The notes beneath the pieces are model-generated. The model worked only from the letters and a program-made list of their open reading frames with translations. It did no database searches and was not told where the DNA came from. From positions 55,490,001-55,554,000 of the forward strand of contig OX597819.1 of the NCBI GenBank assembly GCA_951406725.2: a stretch of 64,000 bases of DNA, written 5' to 3'. A program made the position numbers and the translations under genes. Below, piece after piece: positions 46,506 through 60,584 of the stretch. The DNA is from Octopus vulgaris (Eukaryota). The stretch's first letter is position 1, and every line of letters begins with the position of its first letter.

Positions 46506-47765
46506 ATCAGGTTATTAAGAATGAAATGTCTGATTTTGAACTGAAAGTTTATTTTACTTTATATCAACAAAAAGCAATGCAGTTAATCAATGCATGCACC
46601 TAAATTATTCACACAATTTTGCCATTTTATCGGTAGCTTATTTATGCCAGCAGTAAAGAATTCTGGAGAGCAAGAGGTGATGAAATCACGAAAGGTTGTT
46701 TTTGCATCTTCTTCAGATTTGAAGTTTTTTCCTTGCAAAAGTTGTCTAATGCCTGGAAAATGTGATAGTCAATTGGTGCAAGATCTGGTGATTAAGGTGA
46801 ATGACAGAGTACTTCCAAGTTCAGTTCCTGTAACATAAATAGCATTCTTTGTGCAACATGTGGTCGAGCATTGTCTGTTGACCAATCTCAGTTGTTTAAT
46901 TGCAAGTTCACTCATCATTTCTTCCAATTGGTTGATGTATAACATCTGCTGTAATTGACTTATCAGGTCTCATGAAGCTGTAGTGGATGACATTAGCACT
47001 GGACTACCAAACAGACACCATTAGCTTTTTGGGGTGGGTGAATATTCTTTTCTTGATTGCATTTTGGCACTTCGTCGCTATCCAACCACAATGCAGAATG
47101 CTTGCTATTGTTGAAAAGAATCCATTTTTCATCATATGTAACAATATGATACAAAAATGGTTCGCTTTATGCTGTGACAACAAAAAACAGCAAGTCTCAA
47201 GATGACTTGTCGTTTGATGCTCAGTCAGTTCATGTGGTAACCACTTGTCCAGCTTCTTTACCTTACCAGTTTGTTTCAGATGGTCCAATACAGTTGGAAT
47301 TGAAACATCAAACCTTGCTGCTAACTCATGCATAGTTTGAGAAGTGACCACTTCCACTACAGCTTCCAGCTCATCATTATCCACCTAGATCTCAGGTCTA
47401 CCACAGGGCTGATTTTCAAGAGTAAAGTCACCAGACCGGAACTTCTCAAAACATCGATGTACAGTGCACTCATTTGCCACATCGTCACCAAACACCTCAT
47501 TGATGTTTTGAGCTGTCTGCGATACACTGGTTCCATGGTGGAACTCATATTCATAAACAATACCAAATTCTGATCCATCAATGTGTTCACAAAAATTGAT
47601 TTACAAGAGAAAACTCACAATATAATCAGAAACCATGAATTGCATTTCGAAAAGTAATCATGTAATGCTTCAATGTTGTAAAACAAAGAATTGTCAGGAT
47701 AAAACAGAGTAAATGAGTCAAACTTGGTACAAAAGAAAATCGGACATTTCATTCTTAATGACCTG

Positions 47766-47767
<2 letters not shown>
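46506..47767 (-). mobile_element. Mariner transposon relic, Hsmar1/cecropia-like
   Basis: TIRs ATCAGGTTATTAAGAATGAAATGTCTGATTTT and AAAATCGGACATTTCATTCTTAATGACCTGAT within TA tracts. ORF 47004..47384 has DNDELEAVVE...HLKQTGKVKKLDKWLPHEL; frameshifted. Confidence 0.93.
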
Positions 47768-47807
<40 letters not shown>

Positions 47808-48246
47808 CATCATTGTTTAATGTCCGCCTTCCATGCTGGCATGGATTTGGATGGTTTGACAGGAGCTGACCAGGCAGAAAACTGCACCAGAATTCTGTGT
47901 CAGTTTTGGCATGGTTTTTACAGCTGGATGCCCTTCTATACACCAACCATTCTGCAGAGTGGACTGAGTGCATTTTATGTGGCACCAGCACAGGTGAGGT
48001 CAGTTTTGGCATGGTGTTTACAGCCGGATGCCCTTCCTAACACCAACTACTTTACAGAGTGGGCTGGATCCTTTTTACATGGCACCAGCAATGCACAACC
48101 AGAGTACAAATCCATGTTTACTGTGTGTGTGTGTGTGTGTGTGTATATATTATTAGTTCCTCTGTACATTTCACAACTTTGGTTGTTTGGAACCCTTGGA
48201 TTCTTAAGCAGAGGACTAATGTTATATATATATATATATACATACA

Positions 48247-48612
48247 CAAGCAAAACGCCCCCCACCCCGTCCAATGGATGGTGCTGAGTTGTCAAATGTT
48301 AAAACCAAATTTTTAATTTTTTGGTCTCTTAAATATACTGCATTTTGTGGTATTATTTCAAGCCAGCCGGCTTTTTTTGTGCAAACTGCATGTGCATTTT
48401 TCTCGCACACATATTATCAATCGCAACAGCTGATGTACTTGTGCATACAAATGCATGTTCCCACGGCTTTATCAATCGCATTCTCACCTGGAATCGATTT
48501 TTGTAATTTTTTCAAGACTTATACACGTAATTTGAGCACAATCGGATGGAGGATGCCCGAGATCCTAGAAGACATACACATAGACAGACAGAATGGATTT
48601 TATATAATATAT
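48247..48612 (-). mobile_element. Non-autonomous Helitron-like element, copy 2
   Basis: Both terminal blocks match 17995..18389 (GCAAAAC.CCCCC.ACCCCGTCCA.TGGA.GGTGCTGAGTTGTCAAA; ATCGGATGGAGGATGCCC.AGATCCTAGAAG); the middle differs. Confidence 0.7.
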
Positions 48613-50228
48613 AAATATTATTCCTTCATCTATTTTTTTTCTTAATCTTAATACTATCAGAAGTCTTTTGTTGACTACTTACAACTTGGTCAACTTTATT
48701 AAAACAATTTACAGAAAGAAAGAAAAAAATACAAAAAAAACTCACAGAAATCAGACAGACACAATGGAGTTAAGTATTGGTGCTCAGTAAAAGTTTGTAA
48801 TGAAACTGTTACTTTGTTACTTCATTCCTTTCTATAGTTAACAGGTTTGTAATAAATAGGTATGTTAATAAATAGCGAAATGTGTGACAGACATGGCATG
48901 ACAAACTGAGACTGAATATGTGGTTTAAATATCTGGTTGAAGCTACTTCATTTCCCTTCACATGCATCACTAATAACTAATACACATGTGTCTATAAGGA
49001 AGTCTATGTGGTGACTGCTTGGCTTGCTAGAAATCACAACTAAATTACTACCCCTCAATTACACATTCAGACCTGGGTGTTTAGCAACATGTATACATAG
49101 TAGAAACCAAATAAAGACAAGCAACATGACACGTTAAAAAAAAATTGGGGTTTATTATTGTTATTCTTCTAAAACTCAAGTTCAGTTCAAACTTCATGTA
49201 AAGAAAATTTTAGAAACAAGTGAATTTTCTTTAAATGGTTTATTGTTGAATTATGATTTAATTACAAGGCAACAAAAAAAAAAAAACAGTGGGGGATTAA
49301 GCATGAGAAGGTAGTGAGAGGGGACAATGGGCCACACACTCTAGAACAAATGGTGTGCTCAGCCGTGGTCATGACTGTGATGGCATTGCTGTAGAGAATG
49401 ACCAATGAAACTCCCTGCAGCAGCCACTCCATCTTGTGGAGCTCATTTCTCAGATGGGCTGCTGTTATTCCAATTTTTTGAAAGAAAATGTGGTGCAGGC
49501 TCCAAGAACAGTTGAGGTCTCAATGGTAACCTGCACAAACTGATAGCGGTTGGTCAGGCCCCTGTATTTATTTTTTTTTTTTCATTTCCTGTTGCAACTT
49601 TCTTACTAAATATTTAGTATAGAGATACTTAATGAATGAGGTGGAAATAAAATTATCAAGAGGGTAAGAGAGACTCCCTATTCATAGTCCTTGCATTTAA
49701 AGTAATGTTTTTTGTTTTTTCAACCATTTCTTAGGGCAGGACATTCTGCATAACTTGGGGTTACCTAAACAGTTTGTTATAGGAAATAGGGGTCAGATCT
49801 AAAAATTATAACTGTGATAGACTCAGCTGAACACCCAGAAAAAGCCATCACACGTTTCACTCTATGGAAGCTACAAATCTAGCAGGGGTCTCTACCCAGG
49901 TGCTCAACATGTTAGAAATAACAACCTCGAAATCTGCCTCAAAAATCACCAAAATTATCAATAGGCAAGATACATTGAATAATGTAGTCTTACATACACA
50001 CTAAGTAATAATTATACCAATAGACATATTCTAGCCATGTTTGATTAAGTATGACCAAGGTTTAAACAATAATAATAATTTAGAATTAAGCCCCAATTAT
50101 TATCTTTCTGTAATTTATGCTGACATTATTATTTGAAATCAATGACTAAAAAAAAAAAAAAAAAAAAAAAGGATGTCATATTTTCAGTCATTTATTCAAT
50201 TAAATATGTAATAAATTCTATAACTTAC

Positions 50229-50298
50229 CAACTGACTGGAATGTCTGAATGTATCCTGGTTTTAAAGAACCTACATCTACAGAGGATGGAGAAGTCAT
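50229..50298 (-). CDS. Probable upstream coding exon of the TRIM gene (N-terminal extension)
   Basis: ATG in caacATG context, 23 open codons (MTSPSSVDVGSLKPGYIQTFQSV), then G|gtaagtt donor. Phase 1 joins in frame to the acceptor at 40662 ([12 protein letters not shown]). Confidence 0.55.
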
Positions 50299-52049
50299 GT
50301 TGAAGGAGTTTGTATTGTAAAGATATTTTACTTTCAAAATAATTATCACTTGAATGATATAAAATTTGAGTGGCCCAACAAATTATTATACCAAATTTGA
50401 TTCCTTTCATGTGCAGGGACTAGGATGATGAGTAAAAGTATCCCTTGGTGGGAATGTTAGTTTCACAATGAGAGAGACATGCACAAAAGCTAGCTGTTTT
50501 TTTCAGAGTAAACTTCAATATAAAAGCTTGAAAGAAGCCTTTGGCTTCAAACATTCCTTTCTTCAGTCAGATTGCTATCACTATGAAATAAATTATAGTC
50601 GGACAGTTTAGGAAGACAGTCAAGAGACTTAGTATGTGATGTAAAATGTGTCCCAGTATTATCTACTTATAATCATAGCTATTGCTGTTCAGATAAGTAC
50701 AATCAGCTACTGGAATGAGAACAAAAGGAAAATTGCTAGTCAGAAAACTGGTTACTCATTCAATATAAATAGTACAAAAATAAATGTAATAATAATGCTA
50801 GTTGTGGTTACCAAAAGTAAAAATAAGTACTGACTTTTTGTTGTGTGTTTCTTTATTTTTTATTTTTATAGTTTCTTATCAGCAAAGAAAATTAACTATG
50901 GCATTAGAGTAACAAACTAGTTATACCAAAGTTACTTTTAGGAGAAAATAATTTTATGCTACTTACAGCTATTCCATTATTGTGATACAAAAATTTTATT
51001 TATAGTTTGAAGTAAACAGGTTTAGTAAAATAAAATTTGACTAAGGAAGGAAGCAAAATATTTTGATCAAAAGTTGAATTTAAAAATAATTCTTAATAGA
51101 CATAGCTGTGTGGTTAAGAAGCCCAATTTGTAACTATGTAGTTTTGAGTTCAATTCCACAGCATGGCACCTTGAGCAGGTATCTTTTATTATAGACTTGG
51201 GCCGTTCAATGCCTTGTGAGTTCTTGGCTATCCAAGTATCTAAAACAATTAGTGAAAGCATGGTACATGTCAAGTGAAGGCACATGGCTTAGTGGTTATG
51301 GTATTCAGCTCACAATCACAAAGTCGTGAGTTCAATTCCTGGCAAGATACTTTATTTCTTGAGCAAGATACTTTATTTCACCTTGTTCCAGTCCACTCAG
51401 CCGGCAAAAATAAGTAGTACCTGTATTTCAAAGAGCCAGCCTTGTGACACTGTCTCATGCTGAATCTTATCAAAAAACTACGTTACGGGTACATATGTCT
51501 GTGGAGCACTCAGCCACATGCATGTTAATGCCACACGCAGGCTGTTCTGTTGATCAGATCAACTAGAATCTTTGTTGTACCTGACAAACTGTAAGTCAGT
51601 TAGGTACATGTCACCAAGCCTTACCTGCCCATAAGTGACCGCTGGCTGTACTTGTACACACACAAAAGATTAATAGATTTCTTCTGAGAGTATTGTGATG
51701 AAAAACTACAACAGTTCAATCATTGGCTGTATGGCAGAATGCATGTAAAACAAATTTTAAAAGATGAATAAAAATGCATGTAAAAGAAAGAATAAATGAT
51801 GTGCATAGTATTTCAAAAGCAACTAGGAATTATTTCTATACTCTCTTTTACTTGTTTCAGTCATTTGACTGTGGCCATGCTGGAGCACCACCTTTAGTCG
51901 AGCAAATCGACCTCGGGACTTATTCTTTGTAAGCCCAGTACTTATTCTATTGGTCTCTTTTGCCGAACCGCTAAGTGACATAAACACACCAGCATCGGTT
52001 GTCAAGCGATGTTGGGGGGACAAACACAGACACACAAACGTATACACAA

Positions 52050-52100
<51 letters not shown>

Positions 52101-52967
52101 CGATGGGCTTCTTTCAGTTTCCGTCATCCAAATCCACTCACAAGGCTTTGGTCGGCCCGAGGCTATAGTAGTAGAAGACACTTGCACAAGATGCCACGAT
52201 CATAATATTTGAAACTATCCTTAATAATAAGCCATTCAATTACCAAACAAGAGTAAACAAGGAGACAGTTATTAAAAGTACTTAACTGGTACTTTCTTTC
52301 ATTGATCCTGAAAAGGTGAAAAGCAAAGTTGATTGTGGTGGTATTTGCAATCAGTTCATCAAGAACTCGAAAAAATTATGCTAAGCATTTTGTCCTATGT
52401 GTTAACAATTTTGCCAGATCGCTGCTTTAACATCAGCTTAATAATCCTTTCTACTATAGGCACAAAGCCTGAAGTCATGGTGGAAGGGACCAGTTGATTA
52501 TACTGACTCCGAAATTTCACTGGTATTTAATCGATCAACCCTGAAAGGATGAAAGGCAAAGTTGACCTCAGCGGAATTTGAACTCAGAATGTAGCGATGG
52601 GCAAAATACTAAGCATTTCGTCCAGCATGCTAACAAGTCTGCCACCTCGCTGCCTTTAACATCAGCTTAATAATCTTATCTACTCTAGGCACCAAGCCCC
52701 AAAATCAACTAGATTGATCCCAGTATGCAACTGGTACTCAATTTATCAACCCCAAAAGGATGAAAAGCAAAGTTGACCTCAGAACAAAGACAGACAAAAT
52801 ATCGCTAATTGTAGGAGTGGCTTTGTGGTAAGTAGCTTGCTTACAAACCACATGGTTCCAGGTTCAGTCCCACCGTGTGAAACCTTGGGCAAGTGTCTTC
52901 TACTATAGCCACGGGCTGACCAAAGCCTTGTGAGTGGATTTGGTAGACAGAAACTGAAAGAAGCCTG

Positions 52968-53010
<43 letters not shown>

Positions 53011-56000
53011 ACAACATCGCTTGACAACCAATGTTGGTATGTTTACATCCCAGTAACTTAGCGGTTCGGCAAAAGAGACCGATAGACTAAGTACGAGGCT
53101 TACAAAGAGTAGGTCCTGGGGTCAATTTGCTCGACTAAAGGCAGTGCTCCAGCTTGGCCAGAGTCACATGACTGAAACAAGTAAAAGAGTAAGCACTTAA
53201 CCCGGCATGCTAACATTTCTGTTAGCTCACCACCTTTAACATCAGCTTAATAATGACTAAGTTCTCTTACTACATTTGTCATAGTGGTAAGGATTCTTGG
53301 TTTTCATTCAGATTCTGGGTTGTTATTCTTGGACCAGGTGATGGGTTGTGTTCTTGAGCAAAACACTTCATTTCACATTCCTCCAGTCCACTCAGCTGGT
53401 AAAAATGAGTAATCCTATGACAGACTGGCATCCTGTTAGGGAGGAGTGTATATGCAAGGGAAACCAAAAAAAAAAACCAGCCCTATACTCCTTATGGAGT
53501 AATACTGTTTTCTTTTACTCTTTTACTTGTTTCAGTCATTTGACTGTGGCCATACTGGAGCAACGCCTTTAGTCGAGCAAATCAACCCCAGGACTTATTC
53601 TTTGTAAGCCCAGTACTTATTCTATCGGTCTCTCTTGCCAAACTGAAAAGTTACGGAGACATAAACACACCAGCATCGGCTGTCAAGTGATGTTGGGGGA
53701 GGGGGAGGGACAAACACACAAACACACACATATATACGACGGGCTTCTTTCAGTTATCATCTACCAAATCCACTCACAAGGCTTTGGTCAGCCCGAGGCT
53801 ATAGTAGAAGACACTTGCCCAGGATGCCACACAGTGGGACTGAACCCGGAACCATGTGGTTTTTAAGCAAGCTACTTCCCACACAGTCACTCCTACGCTT
53901 AGCCATCTCGCCGCCCTGAAGCTAAGTTATATTTTTTTCTACACTAGGCACAAAGCCTGAAATTTTTGGGAGTGGTGGGGGGGTCATTCGATCAGAATGA
54001 CTCCAGTATGCAGCTGGTACCTAATTTATCAACTGAAAGGATGAAAGGCAAAGTCAATCTCGGCGGAAATTGAACTCAGAACGTAAAGACAGACAAAATA
54101 CCGCTAAGTATTTCACTAATGTTTCTGCCAGCTCACCAAGTTATATATATTGACCTGATTTGCTACTGTTTATAGTTTTGATTGATGCTTTAAATGTTTC
54201 ATTAGGTTAATGAAATTAAATATTTTCAATCTAAACAAATAGGTCAAACATCTAACTCAAAACAATTATGCCATTTGTTACATGGTTAAGAGATTTAATA
54301 AAACTGACAGTAGCAATATCATGACTGGTGGTTAAACCATGAAGCATTATCCTTTATCCAAGAGTGGCAAAAATAAAAGGCAAAAAGACAGGTTCTACAT
54401 ATGCACCTAACTTACTAAATACAACCAAATATTCTTGAGTGAGGATTAACGAATCATGTAAAATCTATGACAGTATAATACATTACTCAGCAATTTCACC
54501 TCTTCTGTTAATAATCCTTTTGATACTGTTACAAATGAGAAAACTGATATCTCTTTTTACTCATTTACTTGTTTCAGTCATTTGACTGCAGCCATGCTGG
54601 AGCACTGCCTTTAATCGAACAAATCGACCCCAGGAGTTGTTCTTTGTAAGCCTAGTACTTATTCTATCGGCCTCTTATGCCAAACCGCAAAGTTACGGGG
54701 ATTTAAACACACCAGCATTGGTTGTCAAGCGATGTTGGGGGGACAAACAGACACACAAACACACACACATATATATATATATATATACGACAGGCTTCTT
54801 TCAGTTTCCATCTACCAAATCCACTCACAAGGCTTTGGTCAGCCCGAGGCTATAGTAGAAGACACTTGCTCAAGGTGCCACGCAGTGGGACTGAACCTAG
54901 ACCCATGTAGTTGGTAAGCAAGCTACTTACCACACAGCCACTCCTGCACCTATATTTAAGATTTTAGATAAAAGAATATTTATTCTTTTCATAAAGAGAA
55001 AATGGTTGTATATAGTGGTACTTTGGCTCAGAAGCACACCAAAGATGAAATTGTTGTTGGAATCAATACCACAGAAAGTCTTGATTGGTCAGATTTTTTT
55101 AATGATGTAGGTAATATTTAAGCGAATTATGACATCGGATATTGTGATCTGATTGCTAAATATTTTTGATACAATACTAACCACACTGAGACCACCCATG
55201 GTCCTATGATACAAACTTTCTGTTTCCACCAACTTAATAGTGGACAAAGTTATTTTACTAAATTCTTCATCATTTCAAAATTAATTCAAACAAAGGCAGT
55301 CCATTTCAATAGAAATTTGGTAACAATGGTTTAAATAGTGATCACAGCATTACGTCAATAACATCAGACATCTCAGAAATAAAAGTTTAAAAATTATTTT
55401 TTGTATGGCTTAATGAGAGAAATGATAGTACCATGATCTTTTCCAGAGTCCCTGAGATAGGCAAGTAGACCAGTGACCTGGTCCAAATGCTTGTAATAGA
55501 GCAGACAATTAAAATGGACCAAGAACCAAATGTTGGTGCTAAGCCGAGCAACAGACTAACCTACCACTCCGAAACAAAAACAGTCCTTTGATGGGTTTCC
55601 AGTGTGTAACAGGAATCCTGGCAGAGTCCTAAATGCCAACTCACGACCAATAAATTGACTGTTTTCAAAAGTATAAACAACTAAAGACTTTAATAGGATT
55701 CTGTCAAAGATTGGTGATGTCAGTAACTTGCCATTCAGGTTTCTGGTAGATACATTAAGTTTTTATCAGTAGCTACTTGATCAGTGATTAAAAAAAGAAA
55801 AAACAGATTTTTAACTCTTCAACATTTAAATTAATCTGCCAAATGTAATATTTATTTACATTGTTTTCAATTAATCATGCATTATCACTTGATTTATGAG
55901 ATTTCAATGATATGATTGTTTATTTTTAGAATGATATTGTAGGGTAGAGAAGCTGGATGTAGTTGGTTTGAACATAAAACGTAGAATATTTGGACCGGAT

Positions 56001-56895
56001 ATGGCCAGTTTAATTGCTAACTCATTAAAATCCCAGTTATTGTAAACAACCAGTTTAGATAGACAACATAGAAATACTAACAATCTTATCTTTGGCACCT
56101 TTTCTTTGCAAGATGGAATTAAACCAAGGAACAGATTAATCCAACACTTCAAAACAGAAAGTGCTTTTGAGAGGATTCTAGAGTTGGACAAATGATCGGA
56201 TGATCATAGCTAGAATGTTCTTTGATTATAGGTCTACTCTATCAGAGGTAACCTGGGCTAAAACAATGACAACCAAAATTAAATCTGATCAACAATGATA
56301 AATTTAATACAAATTTCCAACCCCATCCCTTTGCATGTGCTGGAACAGTTGTGTGGTTAGGAAGATTGCTTTGCAACCATGCTGTCTCTGGTTCAGTCTC
56401 AATGCATGGCACTTTGTGTAAGTGTTTCTAGTATAGCATCAGGCCAACCAATGCATTCCAGGTGAATTCAGCAGACAGAAATTGTGTAGAAGCCTATCTG
56501 GTGTGTGTGAATATGAATATATATATACCTGCGTCGCCTTACTAGCACTTGTGCCGGCAGCACATGAAAAAAAACATTCAAGCGAGTTCGTTGCCAGTGC
56601 CGCTGGACTGTCTCCTGTGCAGGTGGCACATAAAAAGCACCATTTGAGTATGGTCGTTGCCAGTACCACCTGACTGGCCCTCATGCCGGTGGCATGTAAA
56701 AGCACCAACTACACTCTCAGAGTGGTTGGTATTAGGAAGGGCATCCAGCTGTAGAAACTCTGCCAGATCAGTTTGGAGTCTGGTGTAGCCATCTGGTTCG
56801 CCAGACGTCAGTCAAATCGTCCAACCCAAGCTAGCATGGAAAGTGGATGTTAAACGATGATGATGATGATATATACACACACACACATACATACA

Positions 56896-56927
<32 letters not shown>

Positions 56928-57629
56928 CCAGTGTTTGATCTTAGCAGTTCAGCAAAAGAGAGAGATAGAATGAGTACCAGACTGAAAATTAACATAAGTA
57001 TTGGGGCCAATTTTTTTTTGACCAAAGTCTTCAAGACAACACCCCAGGATGGTCATAGTCAAATGACCAAAACAAAAGATTCAAGGTTATTGCAATTACA
57101 CACTGTAAAATTTCAACTAGTTTTTATAGCATTACATAGAATTTATTTCACACACACACACAAAATATTCAGCGAATAAATAAAACCATAATAAATCTAA
57201 TAATTTCCCTGTAAGAATTCAATGCTGAAATTTCCTTAAAGTCTTCATTTGTGACATGAAACCAAAATATATGTAATTATGTTCATGTAAATTAATACTT
57301 GCCAAAAATAGAACAATTTAAAGTACTTTTGACACTAAAGCAACAAATACTTGTCACTCAATAATACTTCTTTTCATGGTTGAATAAGCTTGAATCACAT
57401 TGACCAGAGGCAAATTTAGTGTAATGAACACATTCTAGATCTATTATTAATTACAAAGGTAATCAATGGCATAGGAGTGGCTGTGTGGTTAGTAGATTGC
57501 TTACCATCCACATGGTTCCGGGGTCAACCCCACTGCATGACATCTTGGGCAAGTGTCTTCTATTATAGCCTTGGGCTGACCAAAGCCTTGTGAGGGGATT
57601 TGGTAGACAGAAACTGAAAGAAGCCCGTC

Positions 57630-57669
<40 letters not shown>

Positions 57670-57842
57670 ATCATCATCATCTAACGTCCGCTTTCCATGC
57701 TAGCATGGGTTGGACTGAGGGCTGGCGAACCAGATGGCTGCACCAGGCTCCAATCTTGATCTGGCAGAGTTTCTACAGCTGGATACCCTTCCTAACGCCA
57801 ACCACTCCGAGAGTGTAGTTGGTGCTTTTTACGTGCCACTGG

Positions 57843-58130
57843 CACGTTTACAAAGTCAGAAAACAGCACAGCTACCATGACTTTCGGAAACATTTTTTCA
57901 CACTAGGAGTTGCTGAAGCATGGAACAAACTGCCGGCGTCAGTTGTTAGAGCACTGCATCCTTCAAAACTTCTATGCTTCCTGAGATTCGCCAACACTAC
58001 ACCTGATTTTCTCCCCTCCATACACACGCAAGCATATATCTGACTCATACGCTGTTCACTTTCCGGACATTTGTACATTACTGCATATGCTTTATATGCA
58101 CTGTATACAATAATTTCATTATTATTATTA
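57843..58130 (+). mobile_element. CR1/L2-group LINE 3' fragment
   Basis: HVYKVRKQHSYHDFRKHFFTLGVAEAWNKLPASVV matches the CR1-clade ORF2 C-terminal FF..RV...WN.LP..VV motif, followed by a short 3' UTR and an (ATT)n tail. Confidence 0.85.
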
Positions 58131-58827
58131 TCATATATAATTATAAAAAATAAAAAATAAAAAAAATCAGAAACTGAAAAACCTGCAAACTTGATAAAAT
58201 AAATTCTAAACTGGTAGCTGAAAGAGGTTGGTAGATTAATTAGTTTTTTCTGTTTATTTAATGAGCATATACAGCTAGCTAGAACTGATCCACTTTGATG
58301 AACACTGCAAGCAAAATTGTAACTTAATGGAAATGTTTTCAAACAATAAATAAATAAACCAAGCTATGACCTACATTTCACGGGAATTCAACAAAAGGAA
58401 TTCTATAGATTCAAACGAACTTGTATATCAATATCTAAGAGTACATGTTAGTCAATCTTGCAGTCTTTAATATCCTTTATTTAACAGGTACATATTATAT
58501 CCTCTTATGACAAATGTAATCTTTTCTTTGGTTTTCTTTTTTATACACTATTCATTTCCAAACTCAAATTGTGGCCAACTCTTTCACTTGTTTCAGTCAT
58601 CTGACTGCGGCCATGCTGGAGCACTGCCTTTAGTCGAGCAAGTCGACTCCAGGACTTATTCTTTGTAAGCCTAGTACTTATTCTATCAGTCCCTTTTGCC
58701 AAACTGCTAAGTTACGGGGATGTAAACACACCAGCATCAGTTGTCAAGCAATGTTGGGGGGACAAACACAGACACACAAACATACACACATATATATACA
58801 CACACACATGTATACACACACACACAC

Positions 58828-58858
<31 letters not shown>

Positions 58859-59755
58859 TGTATACACACACACACATGTATACACACACACACACACATA
58901 TATATATGATGGGCTTCTTTCAGCTTCCATCTACCAAATCCACCAACAAGGCTTTGGTCAGCCCGAGGCTATAGCAGAAGACACTTGCCAAAGGTGCCAC
59001 ATAGTGGGACTGAACCCAGAACCATGTGGCTGGTAAGCAAGCTACTTACCACACAGCCACTTCTACAACTTTTATTTTCCTGAAACAAAAGCACCAAAAG
59101 TAAGCATTCTATAATCTCTAAGGGATAAGAGGATTACAAGAATGCTAGTTTGACCTGATGTTCAAATGAAAAAAGCCAGAACTCATTTAGATACAAGGTC
59201 AATAATTTTAGAGGAAGGGCTTAGTTGATACCACCAACCCCAGAATTCGTCCAAAACTCTATTTTATCAATCAGTGAAGGAGTGTGGCTTAGTGATTAGA
59301 ATATTCGGCTTATGATCATAAGGTTGTGAGTCTGATTCTTGACCGTGTTGTGTCCTTGAACAAGATACTTCATTTTATGTTGCTCCTGGCAAAAATGAGT
59401 CGTACCTGTGTTTCAAAAGGCCAGCCTTGTCACATTCTTCCTTCAGTGATTCAGTATTCCTCTTCATCCTAGTCTATTGTTCTCTTCCTGTCTCCTTTAG
59501 CTTCACCCATTCTGTTCATACTTACATTGGATAGTCCTAGATCCCACCCCTTATTCAACCCACCCACCCTGTCAGTGTTTCAACTATTCATCATTCCCAT
59601 TTCCCAGTCATGTGAAAGCACATGGCTTAGTGGTTGGGGTATTTGGTTCACAACCTTACAGTTGTGAGTCCAATTACTGGCAACACGTTGAGTCCTTGAG
59701 CAAGACACTTTGTTTCACATTCCTCCGGTCCATATCTTCTATTGGGAATTGCGTA

Positions 59756-60566
59756 TTAATTCTGCCATGAAGGGAAACCACTGCCCCCTCCCCTCCGATC
59801 ATCACAGATCCTCCTCCATGTTTAACAGTTGGAAGAATGCAGTCCAGGTCAAATGCTTCTTTTGGCTGTCTCCACATGTATACTAGGCCAGTGGTTGGAA
59901 ATAAAGTAAAGGATGACTCGTCCAAGAAAATAACATTCTTCCACTGCACTAGCAACCAATTCTGTAAGTTTTTATTCCAGTCTAAATGCTTTGCAACATT
60001 TGTTTTTGAAAGTAGTGGTTTTATGATTGTAACCCTCCTATGAAATCCGGCTTTGTGCAGCTCCCGGTGAACAGTTTTTGTGGAAACTGGGTTCTCAAGG
60101 TGGTCATTAAGCTCTGCAGTAATTTTGGGAGCTGTACTTTTCTGATTTTTTCTAACAATTTGCATAAGAGTCTGACAGTCCCTATATGAAAGTTTTGGTT
60201 TTCTTCCAGAGTTTTGTTTCGATGAGGAGGTTTTTCCCTCTTTCTCAAAGGCTGCCATTACTTCCGAGACAGTACTTCTTGATACACCAAACATTTTGGC
60301 TGTTTTTGTTACATTAGTGCCTACCATATGAGCACCAACAATTTGACCTCTTTGAAAGTCCGATAGATCTGTCATTTTAATGAATTTTAATTACCTTTTT
60401 CTGATGTTATCTGAAAAGAAACAGCAATTTTAGCAAAACATATTAAGCAACACTAATATTAAATCAAAAAAACATTAAAAATAAACAACCTTTTGACGGT
60501 TTAATAGATATTTCAAAATTATAATGCTATGAGGCTAGGTGTTTCCATTATTTTGTCCAACCCCTG
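59756..60566 (-). mobile_element. Tc1-like transposon, 3'-truncated copy of the same family
   Basis: One TIR ending CAACCCCTG-TA at 60566. ORF 59674..60375 has MTDLSDFQRGQIVG, HTH motifs, GRKPKL, WKNVIFLDES and VKHGGGSVMI. Lacks the catalytic C-terminal half and the other TIR. Confidence 0.93.
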
Positions 60567-60584
60567 TATACACACACACAAATA

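Noticed and set aside
48152-48220. Possible pre-miRNA hairpin (ATTAGTTCCTCTG...CAGAGGACTAAT)
   Set aside because: Only about 12 bp pair and the interior is unpaired; it lies between microsatellites and is more likely a tiny MITE remnant.
47724-48645. 187-aa and 123-aa ORFs
   Set aside because: They span a mariner TIR, (TA)n, a family-C SINE and a Helitron-like repeat; the YIYI/CVCV runs are microsatellite translations.
52426-53254. CRISPR-like repeat-spacer array
   Set aside because: Eukaryotic context, only three repeats, the spacers are 210-560-bp SINE copies and there are no cas genes. Better explained as TSDs.
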